Source: Gammaproteobacteria bacterium
GTDB taxonomy: Bacteria > Pseudomonadota > Gammaproteobacteria > Pseudomonadales > Azotimanducaceae
DNA: 64,000 nucleotides
Reading direction: 5' to 3'
Assembly (NCBI GenBank): GCA_963581445.1
Contig: CAUZON010000014.1
Location: forward strand, 3,672 to 67,671
The notes under the pieces are model-generated. The model was given only the letters and a program-made list of their open reading frames with translations, ran no database searches and was not told the origin of the DNA. Made by a program: the position numbers and the translations under genes. Below, piece by piece: positions 16,428 through 27,577 of the stretch; within the stretch, counting starts at the first letter, position 1; every line of letters begins with the position of its first letter.

Positions 16428-18189
16428 GAGAACCCTCTGGCAACTGGGTAGCGCGCGTCAGCTGCTTAATCGCTTGGTCCGCATTAAAGAAAATCGCGCC
16501 GCTGATAGTCTCTGCGATGTCTGTATTACTCAGTTGTTTCATCAGTGGACCTTTAATGTCGCTCAGGCTCAGAGAAATATTTGCCTCACTAAGGTGGCTG
16601 TTCAGCCTATAGAGCATTATCAAACCGGTGGCATCAATCATATTCACCGAACTGCAAACAATAACTAAGTGCTGAGTGTCTTTGCGTCGTAAAGCGCGCC
16701 TTAAAAGTCGATCTTCTATTTGTGTGGCGTTGGCGAAGTAAATATTTTCGTCTACCCGAAGGGCCAAGATCTTTGCGTAAGTTGTTACCTCGAAGCGCTT
16801 AACAGAACGAAAATGTTCTGTGTCACCAAGGCGTCCTACCTGTGTGATATTGGGCTTGCTAGAACTGCGTATAAACAGTGCGATAGAAATACCCACACCA
16901 GCGAGTAAGCCAACTTCTACGCCAAAAATCAGCACCAGTGACATAGTGGCTAATTCTGTCCAACTGTCGTGCCGGTAAATGGACCAATGTTTACGCGAGC
17001 TCTTGAAATCAATCAGGCCTATGACAGACACAATGACAATGGCCGCCAATACTGCCTTGGGTAAATTGGCGAAGAGACCGGTAAAAAAGGCCAGGGTAAC
17101 AACCACTACCAACGCGCAGAATAGGGAGCTTACAGGGGTTCGTGCGCCCGCTGAATAGTTGACGCTAGAGCGTGAAAAAGAGCCGGCTACGGGATAAGCG
17201 CCGGTAATCGCTGCGCCTACATTTGCGGCGCCCAAGGCAAACAGTTCTTGGTGAGGGTTAATTCGGGTTTGCTGTTTTGCCGCCAGAGTGGTGCCAATCG
17301 AATAACTTTCTACGTAAGTAATGATGGCGATGATTGCAGCAGCGGGCAGCAAATTTAGCCATAGCTCTAAGTCGAAGTCAGGCCATACAATGCTGGGTAA
17401 TCCCGCTGGGACAAATCCAACGGTCTGTAGATCTGAACTGAGCCCAAATGCGCCGACTATGATGATGCTGAAGATGGCCGCCAGCATTGGGCCTGTGCGT
17501 GTAGCAGGGTGGTCATGAGTTTGCTCAACACCAAACAAAGTTAGGCACTGGCCAATTAGCCACTTGCTAGCCATTAAAAATATTAGGGTGCACACGCCGA
17601 AAGTTAGAGTTACAGCATCTAATTGATAAGTTGCGCTAAGAAAACTGACCAAATCTGCTAGAGGGCTCTCCGCTTCGTCCAGCGTCATACCACTCAACGC
17701 AGGTAACTGGCTGACTATTATTAGAATAGCGGCAGCATTTACAAAACCGGTGATCACGGGGTGACTCAGAAGGTTCACTAGCCCGCCCATTTGGAAAAGC
17801 CGAAGCAGCCACAAAATGCCAGCAATTTGCAGACATAGCACCGCGGTGATCGCCAAATAGGCGTCGCTGTATTTCGGCGCGTACTGGCTCACCGTTGCAG
17901 CTACCAATAGAGCAGCCACTGCTACAGGCCCGACTACCATTTGTTTGGAGCTGCCAAAAATGGCATAGATGACCATAGGCAAAAGGCAGGCATAAAGTCC
18001 AGACTGGGGCGGCACTCCGGCAAGGTAAGCATAGGCCACGGCCTGCGGTATGGTGACCATTCCCACCACTAAGCCGGCAAGTAAATCGTGGCTGAGATCT
18101 TGGCGTCGGTAGTGGGTGAGCACTGCAACCAGCGGCACAAAATTTCGCCAGCCTCGAAGGCCGAGAGCCGCGCGCATGCCCAATCTCAT
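16411..18189 (-). CDS. SulP-family anion transporter with C-terminal STAS domain
   Basis: 592 aa. The polytopic N-terminus (GLVVGMVTIPQAVAYAYLAGVPP) is followed by a STAS-like C-terminus (LVIVCSSVNMIDATG). Confidence 0.9.
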   Translation of the reverse strand: MRLGMRAALGLRGWRNFVPLVAVLTHYRRQDLSHDLLAGLVVGMVTIPQAVAYAYLAGVPPQSGLYACLLPMVIYAIFGSSKQMVVGPVAVAALLVAATVSQYAPKYSDAYLAITAVLCLQIAGILWLLRLFQMGGLVNLLSHPVITGFVNAAAILIIVSQLPALSGMTLDEAESPLADLVSFLSATYQLDAVTLTFGVCTLIFLMASKWLIGQCLTLFGVEQTHDHPATRTGPMLAAIFSIIIVGAFGLSSDLQTVGFVPAGLPSIVWPDFDLELWLNLLPAAAIIAIITYVESYSIGTTLAAKQQTRINPHQELFALGAANVGAAITGAYPVAGSFSRSSVNYSAGARTPVSSLFCALVVVVTLAFFTGLFANLPKAVLAAIVIVSVIGLIDFKSSRKHWSIYRHDSWTELATMSLVLIFGVEVGLLAGVGISIALFIRSSSKPNITQVGRLGDTEHFRSVKRFEVTTYAKILALRVDENIYFANATQIEDRLLRRALRRKDTQHLVIVCSSVNMIDATGLIMLYRLNSHLSEANISLSLSDIKGPLMKQLSNTDIAETISGAIFFNADQAIKQLTRATQLPEGSHENSR

Positions 18190-18500
18190 AGCTTGACCAT
18201 AAAGTGTATGCGTAAGTTGCTGTTGTTATGCAGGATCATGCCTTCAGTTTAACAGTAGTCTTTGGATTATTGATGCCCAGTTTGTGCATTGCAGAATAAA
18301 CCTGATGCGAGTGGGTGATGGTTATAGATACTCTGAGGCGGTAGCATTAAATCGTAATAATCTTGGTAGCTGTCGGCCTAGGTCATTTGCTCTATATAAT
18401 GTGGGCTAAGAGATACCTCATTCAGGCTGTGCGGTTGTCAGTTAAAGCTGCTGCTTCGAAGTGCTCAGCTGAAAGCTATAAGTTAAAGGCGCCCAGTTAA

Positions 18501-19636
<1,136 letters not shown>

Positions 19637-19637
<1 letters not shown>

Positions 19638-20647
19638 TGGCGGCTCCTACCGACAGCAATCAGTGGCTGGATTTGGTGCGCGAAGAAATTATAGATCCTG
19701 AGAGGATGATCTGTGATCCCCACCATCATCTTTGGGACCACGATCGCAATGCCTATTTACTGCCAGAATTATTGGCGGATATAGGGCAGGGGCATAACGT
19801 GGTTAGCACGGTTTTTGTCGAGTGCGGGTCTATGTACAGTGCTAGTGCTGATCAGGCTATGGCTCCGGTAGGAGAGACAGAATTTGTAAATGGCATAGCG
19901 GCTATGTCAGCGTCAAATCAATACGGGCCGGCCAGGGTTTGTGCGGGGATTGTCAGCTATGCAGACCTAGATCTGGGCGTTGACGTTGGGCCGGTATTAG
20001 ACGCGCATATGGCTGCATCTTCTAGGTTCCGCGGTATTCGCCATGCTGCGGGCTGGGATGCCAGCGAATCAGTGCGTAATTCGCACACCGACCCCATTGA
20101 ACATTTATTCTTAGATGAAACTTTTCATCAGGGTTTTGCCCAGCTACAAAAGCGCGGTTTAACTTTTGACGCGTGGTTGTATCACCCGCAAATCAGTGAA
20201 CTGACGGCTTTGGCCGAGGCCTTTCCAAAGGTTACTATTATATTTGATCATTTCGGCGGCCCCTTAGGAATAGGCCCCTACGCAGGTAGGGGGGAAGAAA
20301 TCTTTGAGCAATGGCAAAAGGATGTAGCGCAGTTGGCCCTATGTCCTAACGTGGTAGCAAAATTAGGTGGCATAGTGATGCCAGTAAATGGTTTTGCTTG
20401 GCATAAGCGCGATAAACCTGCAACGTCAGATGAAATAGTTGCAAGTACGGGTCGCTTTCATGATTTTACCATTGAAGCATTTGGCCCGGAGCGCTGTATG
20501 TTTGAGAGTAATTTCCCTGTTGATAAGCAAAGCTGTTCCTATCATGTACTTTGGAATGCGTTTAAAAAAATCGCGGAGAAACATACACAAACTGATCAGC
20601 AATGGCTGTTTCATGACACCGCCAGCCAAGTTTATCGTTTGCGCTAG
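19637..20647 (+). CDS. amidohydrolase-2 family protein
   Basis: 336 aa with an ICDPHHHLWD metal-binding start motif. Its ATG overlaps the adhC stop (TAATG). Confidence 0.8.
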
Positions 20648-20730
20648 TAGGGTGGGTTTTACATTCGAGTTCTGCACTCGGCAGATGTTATGCAGAAATC
20701 AATTAGCAGTTAAAAGGCAAGGAGGGGAAT

Positions 20731-21366
20731 ATGACGATAGAGGTAATTGGTGCAGGGTTCGGACGTACAGGGACGTTGTCGCTCAAATTTGCCCTCGAAA
20801 CACTAGGTTTTGATAAGTGTTATCACATGATGGAAGTGCCGCTAAATCCTTTTCACAGTAACCTCTGGAGCAGCGTGGCCAAAGGTCAAAGTATTGATTG
20901 GGCGCAGCTTTTTGCGGGTTATAAGGCGTCGGTTGATTGGCCGTCCGCAAATTTTTGGCGGGAGCAATGTCAGGCCTATCCGCAGGCTCGAGTTATTCTG
21001 TCGCTACGAGATGCCGATAAATGGTACGAAAGCGTTATGAACACCATTTGGCGCGCCTCCCAGCATGCGCGTTTAGATGCGGAAAATAGAAAAGATGAAG
21101 AAGCTCTAGCCCGCTCGGCAATGGTTTATGAGGTTATTTGGAACGGGGTTTTTGCTGGACGTATGGATGACAAAGCCCATGTAATAGAGTGCTATGAAAA
21201 GCATAACCAAGAAGTTATAGACAATGTGCCCGAGGATAATTTACTGGTTTATCGTCCAGGCGATGGCTGGGAACCGTTGTGCGAATTTTTGCAACGGCCT
21301 GTTCCAGAGAAAGACTATCCTCGGGTTAACTCTACTGATGACTTCAACCGTCGTTGGGGCAAATAG
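20731..21366 (+). CDS. sulfotransferase-family protein
   Basis: The N-terminal IGAGFGRTGTLSL is a PAPS-binding-loop-like motif. The 211-aa size is typical of the family. Confidence 0.7.
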   Translation: MTIEVIGAGFGRTGTLSLKFALETLGFDKCYHMMEVPLNPFHSNLWSSVAKGQSIDWAQLFAGYKASVDWPSANFWREQCQAYPQARVILSLRDADKWYESVMNTIWRASQHARLDAENRKDEEALARSAMVYEVIWNGVFAGRMDDKAHVIECYEKHNQEVIDNVPEDNLLVYRPGDGWEPLCEFLQRPVPEKDYPRVNSTDDFNRRWGK

Positions 21367-21506
21367 CGGTAACTTTTGGATCTCTACTTAAACAGCCTAA
21401 TTGTCTGGCTTTGTAGAGAAGCTGTTGCTAGAAAGGGTCGCTGGTGTAAATTGTCGGCGGTGCTAGTGATTCACCAATTCTGCCGCTCTCTTGTAGGGCG
21501 AGTTGT

Positions 21507-21971
21507 CTATTTGTTCAATCCAAGCGTGGTTAGGATCAGGTACGCGACGCTGGCTAAGACTATATAAGCGACCAATCCCAAACCCACGGCTCTCCACGTG
21601 GAGTGAAATTTCCCCTGCATTTCTGTAAAGGTGGTCAGCATGCTGCCTTGCACAACATGAGTTATAAATAATACTCCCAGTACTTGAGCGATGTTTATCA
21701 GTAACGGCAGTGTGAAATCTACACTGAGCAGCTCACCTTCTTCGGTTACTACAGGTTCAACAAAATTCGCCACAGCAATTGAACTAAGACAAAACGCAAA
21801 CAGGCTAATGGCTAGGGCGATATACCCGGGTTGTTTCATACCCAAAGCGCGATAGTTTTCACTGATTAAGAAGCCGCCGGCTAAAAGAGAGCCGAAGAAG
21901 GTAGCTATACCTATGGCTTGCAAGGAATACAGTTGAGGCAGTTTGCTGGGTGACGAATTGTTGTCAGTCAT
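21507..21971 (-). CDS. membrane protein, function unknown
   Basis: 154 aa with about four hydrophobic helices. Its start is 1 nt after the stop of the upstream deacetylase gene. Confidence 0.6.
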   Translation of the reverse strand: MTDNNSSPSKLPQLYSLQAIGIATFFGSLLAGGFLISENYRALGMKQPGYIALAISLFAFCLSSIAVANFVEPVVTEEGELLSVDFTLPLLINIAQVLGVLFITHVVQGSMLTTFTEMQGKFHSTWRAVGLGLVAYIVLASVAYLILTTLGLNK

Positions 21972-21972
21972 A

Positions 21973-22782
21973 TTAGTTTTTCTTATTTACGAAATTGTAG
22001 TCGGATGGATCAAAGCGGCCGCCGTATTCTGATACTTCAAAGGCTTCAGCAAAAGCTAAATCTGCATAATCGGCAGATTCTAAGGAAGCTTTGCTTGTTC
22101 GCGCCTGAGTCACAATTTTTGCTACCGCTTTAGGTTTCGCTAGATAAAATTTACGCAACCAGCTTTCTTTGTCGTCCGCGTTAACGGTCATACCCATAAT
22201 CTTTGGCAACCATTCAAAAACTTGAGTTTGGTGGCAGGCAAGCATGCCGAGAACGGTGTCGATATGATCCCCTATATCAACTACCCAATCTAACCGGTGG
22301 GGGCGAGGATCTTGAAAGCGATCGTACGCGAGTAAGATTGCTGGCATCTGCTTCATAGCAACCTGGTCTGGCGCTATGGCTGGCACTTGCAACAGGTAGG
22401 CAGAATCTTGCACGAGTTGTCCTGTAGCGCGATGATCTGGGTGGTAGTCGACTACTCTATGGGTGACGATGAGGTCGGGCGCAAAAGTGCGGATACATCC
22501 AATGAGCTTCTTTCTTAACCCAATGCTCGCAATTAACTCGCCGTCTGCTTGATCCCATATTTCAAGCTCCGCGCCGACTATATTGGCGGATAGCCTTGCC
22601 TCCTCGGCGCGGCGTATTGCTAATTCATCTGCGCGTTTTTGGTGATGACCAGCGTTGCCGTTGGTTAAACAAAGCACCTTTACTTTATGCCCGGCTTTAG
22701 TCCAAGCGCTGATAAGTCCACCAGCACAAAATTCAGCATCATCTGGGTGGGCAGCGACAAACAATAGCTTTTTTTTTTGCAT
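21973..22782 (-). CDS. PIG-L/LmbE-family deacetylase
   Basis: The VAAHPDDAEFCAGG and HPDH motifs are diagnostic of the PIG-L family. Confidence 0.88.
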   Translation of the reverse strand: MQKKKLLFVAAHPDDAEFCAGGLISAWTKAGHKVKVLCLTNGNAGHHQKRADELAIRRAEEARLSANIVGAELEIWDQADGELIASIGLRKKLIGCIRTFAPDLIVTHRVVDYHPDHRATGQLVQDSAYLLQVPAIAPDQVAMKQMPAILLAYDRFQDPRPHRLDWVVDIGDHIDTVLGMLACHQTQVFEWLPKIMGMTVNADDKESWLRKFYLAKPKAVAKIVTQARTSKASLESADYADLAFAEAFEVSEYGGRFDPSDYNFVNKKN

Positions 22783-22808
22783 AATTGTTCGTTTCTCAAT
22801 AGTTAGTG

Positions 22809-24245
22809 TTAGAGCGCTGGCGCGTCTTTGTGGTGGCGAGTTGCGTCTTCAAATAGTTGCGCAATTTGCAGCAGTGCAAGGTCCCCGCGGGGCCGGCCAA
22901 CTATTTGTACGCCCACTGGTAAGCCGCTTTTTGTGAATCCTGCAGGTACGGAAATAGCGGGCAGTCCTGTCACTGTAATCATGCAGCATACCGCCATCCA
23001 ATCGAGGTAAGTTTGCATTTTCACGCCGTTTATCTCTTTAACCCACTCCTCGCTAGCGGCAAAAGGCGGTACTTGGGCTGCAGGAAGAATCAGCACGTCG
23101 TAGCATTGAAAAAACTTCACCGCCCGGGCGTATATTTTTGAGCGAGTGGCTTCTGCATGCATAATTTCGTCAGCGGAAAGTTGCATGCCCTTGTCAATAT
23201 TCCAGATAGCAGTGTCTTTTGCATCAAGCCGCCATGCAGGGAAATTTTTCTCTAAATTGTCACCTAAGGGGCGTAAGCCAGCAGCGCGCTGAACTTGAAA
23301 GACTTCCATAGCGCCTGTTAGATCCGGGGCGTCTGGAGTGACGCTAGCGCCTAAATTTGCAAAAACTTCTCCCGCTGCGCGAATAATATCGGCCACTTCC
23401 TGATCGACTTCCAAGCACCCTAGGTCAGTGCTCACCGCAACCTTTAAGGTGCTTGGTTCTCGAGTCGCGATCAGGCCATCAAAAAAATGGTATCCCGGCT
23501 CGGGGAGAGTTAGCGGATCGCTGGGGTCTGGTCCGGCCATTGCCGAAAACAGCAGAGTGGTGTCTTTGACCGTCTTAGCCATAGGCCCAGTGGTGACCAT
23601 GCGGCCATACCAAGCAAAACTTTTGTTGCAGGGCATGCGTCCAATTGAAGGTCTAAAGCCCACAACATTACAAAAGCTGGCTGGATTGCGCAGAGAGCCA
23701 CCAAGATCGCTACCATCCGCTAGCGGTAACATTTGGGTGGCTAGCGCCACAGCCGCGCCGCCACTGCTACCTCCAGCTGTTTTACTGGAGTCGTAGGGAT
23801 TTAGGGTGATACCAAAGAGCGAATTGAAGGTGCTGGAACCAAAACCGAATTCAGGCATGTTGGTGTGACCAATAAAAATTGCACCGGCTTCACGCAGGCG
23901 AGCGGCCAATTCGTCGTCTGCAGTTTCTAGACGGCTCGCAAAGGGTTTAAAACCCCAAGTTGTAGGGAAGCCTTTCATGGCTACCGCATCTTTCAGTGCC
24001 ATTGGCAGACCGTGCAGTATGCCTCTCTCCGCTACAGGCACACTATCTGCTTGCCGCGCCAGCACCATTGCATGATTATAGTCGAGCAGATTCACTATGG
24101 CATTAAACTTGGGGTTTAACGCATTTATACGTGCGTAAACGTTCTCCATTATGGCCACCGCTGTGGTGACGCCACTTTGCAGATCACGGCACAGTGAGAT
24201 AGCGTCCTGCCAAATGGGTTCTGGCGTTTGAGTTGTATTAGTCAT
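22809..24245 (-). CDS. amidase (amidase-signature family)
   Basis: The AS signature GGSSGGAAVALA and GSDLGGSLRNPA is present, along with the catalytic Lys region ALKD. Confidence 0.9.
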   Translation of the reverse strand: MTNTTQTPEPIWQDAISLCRDLQSGVTTAVAIMENVYARINALNPKFNAIVNLLDYNHAMVLARQADSVPVAERGILHGLPMALKDAVAMKGFPTTWGFKPFASRLETADDELAARLREAGAIFIGHTNMPEFGFGSSTFNSLFGITLNPYDSSKTAGGSSGGAAVALATQMLPLADGSDLGGSLRNPASFCNVVGFRPSIGRMPCNKSFAWYGRMVTTGPMAKTVKDTTLLFSAMAGPDPSDPLTLPEPGYHFFDGLIATREPSTLKVAVSTDLGCLEVDQEVADIIRAAGEVFANLGASVTPDAPDLTGAMEVFQVQRAAGLRPLGDNLEKNFPAWRLDAKDTAIWNIDKGMQLSADEIMHAEATRSKIYARAVKFFQCYDVLILPAAQVPPFAASEEWVKEINGVKMQTYLDWMAVCCMITVTGLPAISVPAGFTKSGLPVGVQIVGRPRGDLALLQIAQLFEDATRHHKDAPAL

Positions 24246-25179
24246 AGTTTATCGAATATAACCAGTAGAGTAAGTCGGCGTACACTACTTTGCGGTTGGT
24301 TTCATTAAACATTTCATGTCTACCAGCCGGATAAATTTTCGTTGTCACTTTAAGGTCAGCTTTTTCGTAGCGCTTTATGAGTGCATTAATGCCGCGCCCT
24401 TTGCCGTGTACCGGGTCTGCTTCACCAGAAATAATCATTACCGGAATATCTTTATTGATGCGGGCTATGTTGGCCTTTTGAGTGCTTTTACTTAAGCCAT
24501 CAAACATGCCTCTAAGGCCATCTGCAGTCAAGATAGCCCCGCAATAGGGGTCTGCTATGTATTTGGCAACCTCTTGTTTGTCTCTACTCAACCAGGCAAA
24601 TCCGCCGTTGGCGTCACCGGCTTTAGCAAAGGCTTTGTTGTTTGCGCTGAACAAGTTTTTGCTTAGCCATGGGCTGTGCGCTGCAGGATGCAACCTCCAG
24701 GTGTCGAATTTTGCAATGGCTTGCCCGAGGAGGCTGATCAAGCTTGGCATATGCCCGGGCGAGCCGCTCAATACAAGGCCTTTCAAGGACTGGCCGTAAC
24801 TATAGAAATATTGCTGCGCCAGCATGGCGCCCATGCTGTGACCAATAATGACGGTGGGTTTAGCATTTTTTTGTTCTAGCCAGTCTTGCAGAAATTTTAG
24901 ATCTTCTAATGTTTCATGCCAGCCGTTGTAGCCCATATCGCCCTGTTCGGTAGCGCCAAAGAGGCTGCCGCCATGACCGCGCTGATCATGGGCTAAGACA
25001 TTGAAGCCAGCCCCATTCAACTGCGCGGCCAATGGCTTATAGCGGCCAGCATGTTCACCCATGCCGTGGGCAATAAGAATATTTGCTTTCACCTTTGTTG
25101 CTGGGTCGCATGTCCAGTGATGAACATTAATTCTGTGGCCCTTACGCCGGAGGAAGAAAGTCTCTGTAGATGCCGTCAT
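24238..25179 (-). CDS. alpha/beta hydrolase (lysophospholipase/monoacylglycerol-lipase-like)
   Basis: HGMGEHAGRY and the GHSMG nucleophile elbow are present. It overlaps the amidase start by 8 nt (ATGACTAA). Confidence 0.85.
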   Translation of the reverse strand: MTASTETFFLRRKGHRINVHHWTCDPATKVKANILIAHGMGEHAGRYKPLAAQLNGAGFNVLAHDQRGHGGSLFGATEQGDMGYNGWHETLEDLKFLQDWLEQKNAKPTVIIGHSMGAMLAQQYFYSYGQSLKGLVLSGSPGHMPSLISLLGQAIAKFDTWRLHPAAHSPWLSKNLFSANNKAFAKAGDANGGFAWLSRDKQEVAKYIADPYCGAILTADGLRGMFDGLSKSTQKANIARINKDIPVMIISGEADPVHGKGRGINALIKRYEKADLKVTTKIYPAGRHEMFNETNRKVVYADLLYWLYSINYD

Positions 25180-25199
25180 ATATTCAGTTTTCTATTTCG

Positions 25200-25796
25200 T
25201 TAAATTTGTTCTAGCTGCCAAATGGGCACAGCTATAGGTTTGCGTATAAACAAACCGCCGCCAACACTGCAAAAGTCCTTGGCCAAATGTTTTCTATACC
25301 ATTGGCTGGGCCGCAGTCGCTGCCTCATATCAGTGGTTTGCTCATCACAGATAGGCAAATCTTCTTCAGTTAGAACACTCAAATACAGGCATTGGCGGGT
25401 CAGCTTGGCTAGGTTTTTAATGGCCTTGGCACAGTCGGCGTTATTCAGATAGGCCAAAACATCGTTGCAGATAACTAGGTCGTATTGTTCGGCTTGTGTT
25501 GCTCCGAAATCGACCACCGAGCCTTTGTGCCAGCCATGCTGCTGACAAAGGTAGTCACTGATCTCCACGCCAGTGGCGTTGGCGTTGGGCAGCACTTTCT
25601 CCAAGCTGGTTAAAAATTGACCTAAACCGCAGCCTAAATCTAGCACACTCTTTATGTCTATTTGCAGGTAAGCAATATAAGCATTGATCAACGCTACCTG
25701 TCGTTCCTGTTCCTGGGTAGAGACAGCTTGGGTGGCTTCATCTAAATAAAATTTTTCGTAGTAGGCTTTGTCGAACAAGATCTTTTTCACTCTCAA
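25200..25796 (-). CDS. class I SAM-dependent methyltransferase
   Basis: VLDLGCGLGQF SAM-binding motif. The start is either TTG 25796 or, more likely, GTG 25790 (AGGGA 9 nt upstream). Confidence 0.82.
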   Translation of the reverse strand: MRVKKILFDKAYYEKFYLDEATQAVSTQEQERQVALINAYIAYLQIDIKSVLDLGCGLGQFLTSLEKVLPNANATGVEISDYLCQQHGWHKGSVVDFGATQAEQYDLVICNDVLAYLNNADCAKAIKNLAKLTRQCLYLSVLTEEDLPICDEQTTDMRQRLRPSQWYRKHLAKDFCSVGGGLFIRKPIAVPIWQLEQI

Positions 25797-25922
25797 GTCC
25801 CTATGTTTTGATTCTAAAGCGCTGCCTTTCTAACGGAGAGGCCCCACCCTGCTGGGGCAGCAACTTGCAATTCACTGAGCGTGCTCTAGTGTAGGTGGCC
25901 TCCTAAGTTTAAGCGAACGTAT

Positions 25923-27488
25923 ATGAGTATCTCTAACGACGTCCAAGACCAAAACCTGGATCGTCTTATTTTCTTCGGCAGTGTTCTTATTATTTTCTCT
26001 CTTTGCATCCCGTTGGCGCTTTTCCCAAAGCAAGGTGCCGAAATGTTGGGTGCTGCGTTCAACTACTTAACGCAGAACTTCGGCATTTTTTACGTGGTGG
26101 GATCTGTCGCCACGGTAGGTTTTTTGGGCTTTATCGCGTTTAGTCGGCACGGCGCCATTAGGCTTGGCGATGAAGCGCCAGACTTTTCAACCGCTAGTTG
26201 GTTTGCAATGTTATTTTGCGGTGGTATCGGCACCAGTGTGCTGTATTGGGGCTCCGTTGAATGGGCTTACTATTTTCAAACGCCACCCTTTGCGGTAGAA
26301 CCCAAAAGTGCTGAGGCGTTGCGCTGGGCGGGCAGCTATCCAATTTTTCATTGGGGCATTATGGGTTGGGCGTTTTATTGCCTGCCCGGTGTTGCGGTAG
26401 CTTATAGCTATTATGTGCGCGGGGTTAAGTCTCTGCGCCTGAGTGATGCCTGTGAGCCGATTATTGGTAAGCACTCCAGAGGCGTATTAGGCCGTACAAT
26501 TGATCTACTTTTTGTTGTGGGATTAGTCGGCGCTTGCAGTACTGGTATTGCACTTGCGGTGCCACTAATTGGAATGTCTGTCGCGGATTTATTCTCTTTA
26601 GACCGAGAGGCTTGGGGGTTTTCCTTAGATCTCTTCGTTATATTTGTTGTGACCTGCGTCTTTGCTTCCAGTGTTTGGCTAGGTCTTGAGAAGGGTATTA
26701 AGCGGCTCAGTGATCTGAATATCATTATGGCTATTTTTTTACTGGCGTTTATTTTGATCGCTGGGCCAACCCTTTTTATGGTGGAAATGGGTTTCGATTC
26801 TCTGGGTCATATGGCGCAAAACTTCATCCGCATGAGCACCTGGACCGATCCTCTGGGCACCTCTAACTTTGTTGAGTCTTGGACAGTTTTCTATTGGGCT
26901 TGGTGGCTTGCGCTAGGCCCTTATATGGGCATTTTCATTACTAAAATTTCTAAGGGTCGAACGCTCAAGCAGTTGATTTTGGGCTGTGTCTGCTTTGGCA
27001 CCTTGGGCTGTTTCCTGTTCTTCTCAATACTTGGCAATTACGCGGCTTACCTAGAGCTCAATGGCCTTTTTCCAGTGCTTGAAACTCTAGAAACCCATGG
27101 CCCGCCGGCGCTGATTGTGGCGGTGCTTGGAACCTTGCCTATGTCATCGCTAATATTGGTTGTGTTCACGCTAGTCTGCGTAATTTTCGCCGCGACCAGC
27201 TATGACTCCGCGTCTTATACGCTGGCTGCCTCAGCAACCAAGTCGCTGGATTCTAACGAGCATCCTGCCCGTTGGCATCGCGTGTTTTGGGCATTCTTGC
27301 TCGGTGTACTGCCCATTACTCTGGTTTACTTAGGCGGATTAGAGCCACTTAAGTCTGCGGTCACTTTGGTTTCAGTGCCTTTGTATGCTGTGATTGTGTT
27401 GCTTACTCTGTCTATGTGGAAATCAATCAAGCAAGCGGAAAAAGATAAGGCGCGATCATCAGACGCGAGTTTGTCAGAAGTGAGTTAG
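25923..27488 (+). CDS. BCCT-family (betaine/carnitine/choline) transporter
   Basis: 521 aa with 12 TM segments. The Trp-rich WTVFYWAWWLALGPYMGIFITKIS motif is the BCCT signature. Confidence 0.92.
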   Translation: MSISNDVQDQNLDRLIFFGSVLIIFSLCIPLALFPKQGAEMLGAAFNYLTQNFGIFYVVGSVATVGFLGFIAFSRHGAIRLGDEAPDFSTASWFAMLFCGGIGTSVLYWGSVEWAYYFQTPPFAVEPKSAEALRWAGSYPIFHWGIMGWAFYCLPGVAVAYSYYVRGVKSLRLSDACEPIIGKHSRGVLGRTIDLLFVVGLVGACSTGIALAVPLIGMSVADLFSLDREAWGFSLDLFVIFVVTCVFASSVWLGLEKGIKRLSDLNIIMAIFLLAFILIAGPTLFMVEMGFDSLGHMAQNFIRMSTWTDPLGTSNFVESWTVFYWAWWLALGPYMGIFITKISKGRTLKQLILGCVCFGTLGCFLFFSILGNYAAYLELNGLFPVLETLETHGPPALIVAVLGTLPMSSLILVVFTLVCVIFAATSYDSASYTLAASATKSLDSNEHPARWHRVFWAFLLGVLPITLVYLGGLEPLKSAVTLVSVPLYAVIVLLTLSMWKSIKQAEKDKARSSDASLSEVS

Positions 27489-27577
27489 GTGCGGTCGAAA
27501 TTTTTTGCACTACGCTAACGTGGCAACGGATTAAGTAATATTGGCTAAATAACAAATTTTTTTGGGGAGACAAGTGC

